Below, piece after piece: positions 15,746-15,978 of a DNA stretch of 15,978 bases. The position numbers and the translations under genes were made by a program. Source of the DNA: an uncultured archaeon (GTDB taxonomy: Archaea; Asgardarchaeota; Jordiarchaeia; Jordiarchaeales; Jordiarchaeaceae); NCBI GenBank assembly GCA_964510585.1, contig CAZECW010000131.1, positions 1 through 15,978 of the forward strand, given 5' to 3'. Position 1 is the first letter of the stretch. Each line of letters begins with the position of its first letter. A model generated the notes under the pieces. That model saw only the letters and a list, made by a program, of their open reading frames with translations, was not told where the DNA came from and ran no database searches.

Positions 15746-15978
15746 CTACCTTCTACCACCGCCGCGGTAACTGCCTCTGTCTCTCCGGAATGGTTTTCCT
15801 GTGTATTGTGGGCGTTCTCCTCCGCCGTATCTTGGGCGGGGTCGGCGTTCCTGTTCGTATACTCGGTTTGAGAGGTTGTTTTCTGTGTTGACTTCTGCGG
15901 GTGTTTCCTCCTCTATTTCTTCCATTGTTCCGTATTTTCCAAGGTTTAGTCTTAGGGAGCCTTTGAAAACTGTTGTGT
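15746..15978 (-). CDS. ssb: Second single-OB-fold SSB paralogue, 3' part only (5' end beyond window; not in the ORF track)
   Basis: Hand translation: (Y)TTVFKGSLRLNLGKYGTMEEIEEETPAEVNTENNLSNRVYEQERRPRPRYGGGERPQYTGKPFRRDRGSYRGGGRR*, TAG at 15748-15746. Identical to ssb copy 1 at 36 of 52 aligned residues, without gaps. Confidence 0.92.
   Translation of the reverse strand, partial: TTVFKGSLRLNLGKYGTMEEIEEETPAEVNTENNLSNRVYEQERRPRPRYGGGERPQYTGKPFRRDRGSYRGGGRR

Noticed and set aside
15895-15920. Apparent frameshift in the second ssb on first reading
   Set aside because: Codon-by-codon re-reading gives ATA GAG GAG GAA ACA CCC GCA GAA GTC; the frame is intact.
1-15978. CRISPR array, tRNA or rRNA genes
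   Set aside because: No regularly spaced repeats, cloverleaf/T-loop signatures or rRNA-like sequence seen.

Overview
Archaeal-type chromosomal window. The evidence is TATA-box promoters, GGAGG/GGTGA ribosome-binding sites, frequent TTG/GTG starts and short single-OB-fold SSB genes. A RING-like protein hints at Asgard or a related lineage (inference only). From left to right: the left end of an IS200/IS605-family element running off the window; an alpha/beta-hydrolase; a 58-aa Cys-rich protein missed by the ORF track; ssb copy 1; a membrane-anchored zinc-ribbon + RING-like protein; a threonine-synthase-like PLP enzyme with a non-canonical active site; an MFS transporter; an amidohydrolase-2 (decarboxylase-type) enzyme divergent from a complete three-gene acetone carboxylase operon (acxABC, metal ligands intact); a gamma-glutamylcyclotransferase-family gene; a Pol-beta-type nucleotidyltransferase; and the 3' half of a second ssb paralogue, also missed by the track. 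No rRNA, tRNA or CRISPR array was seen. The best leads are the archaeal acetone-carboxylase operon with an altered active-site loop, the membrane RING protein, the ssb pair with R/G/Y-rich tails, the IS608-like left end, and a G+T to A+C compositional polarity along genes. All family assignments come from motif recognition, not database searches.
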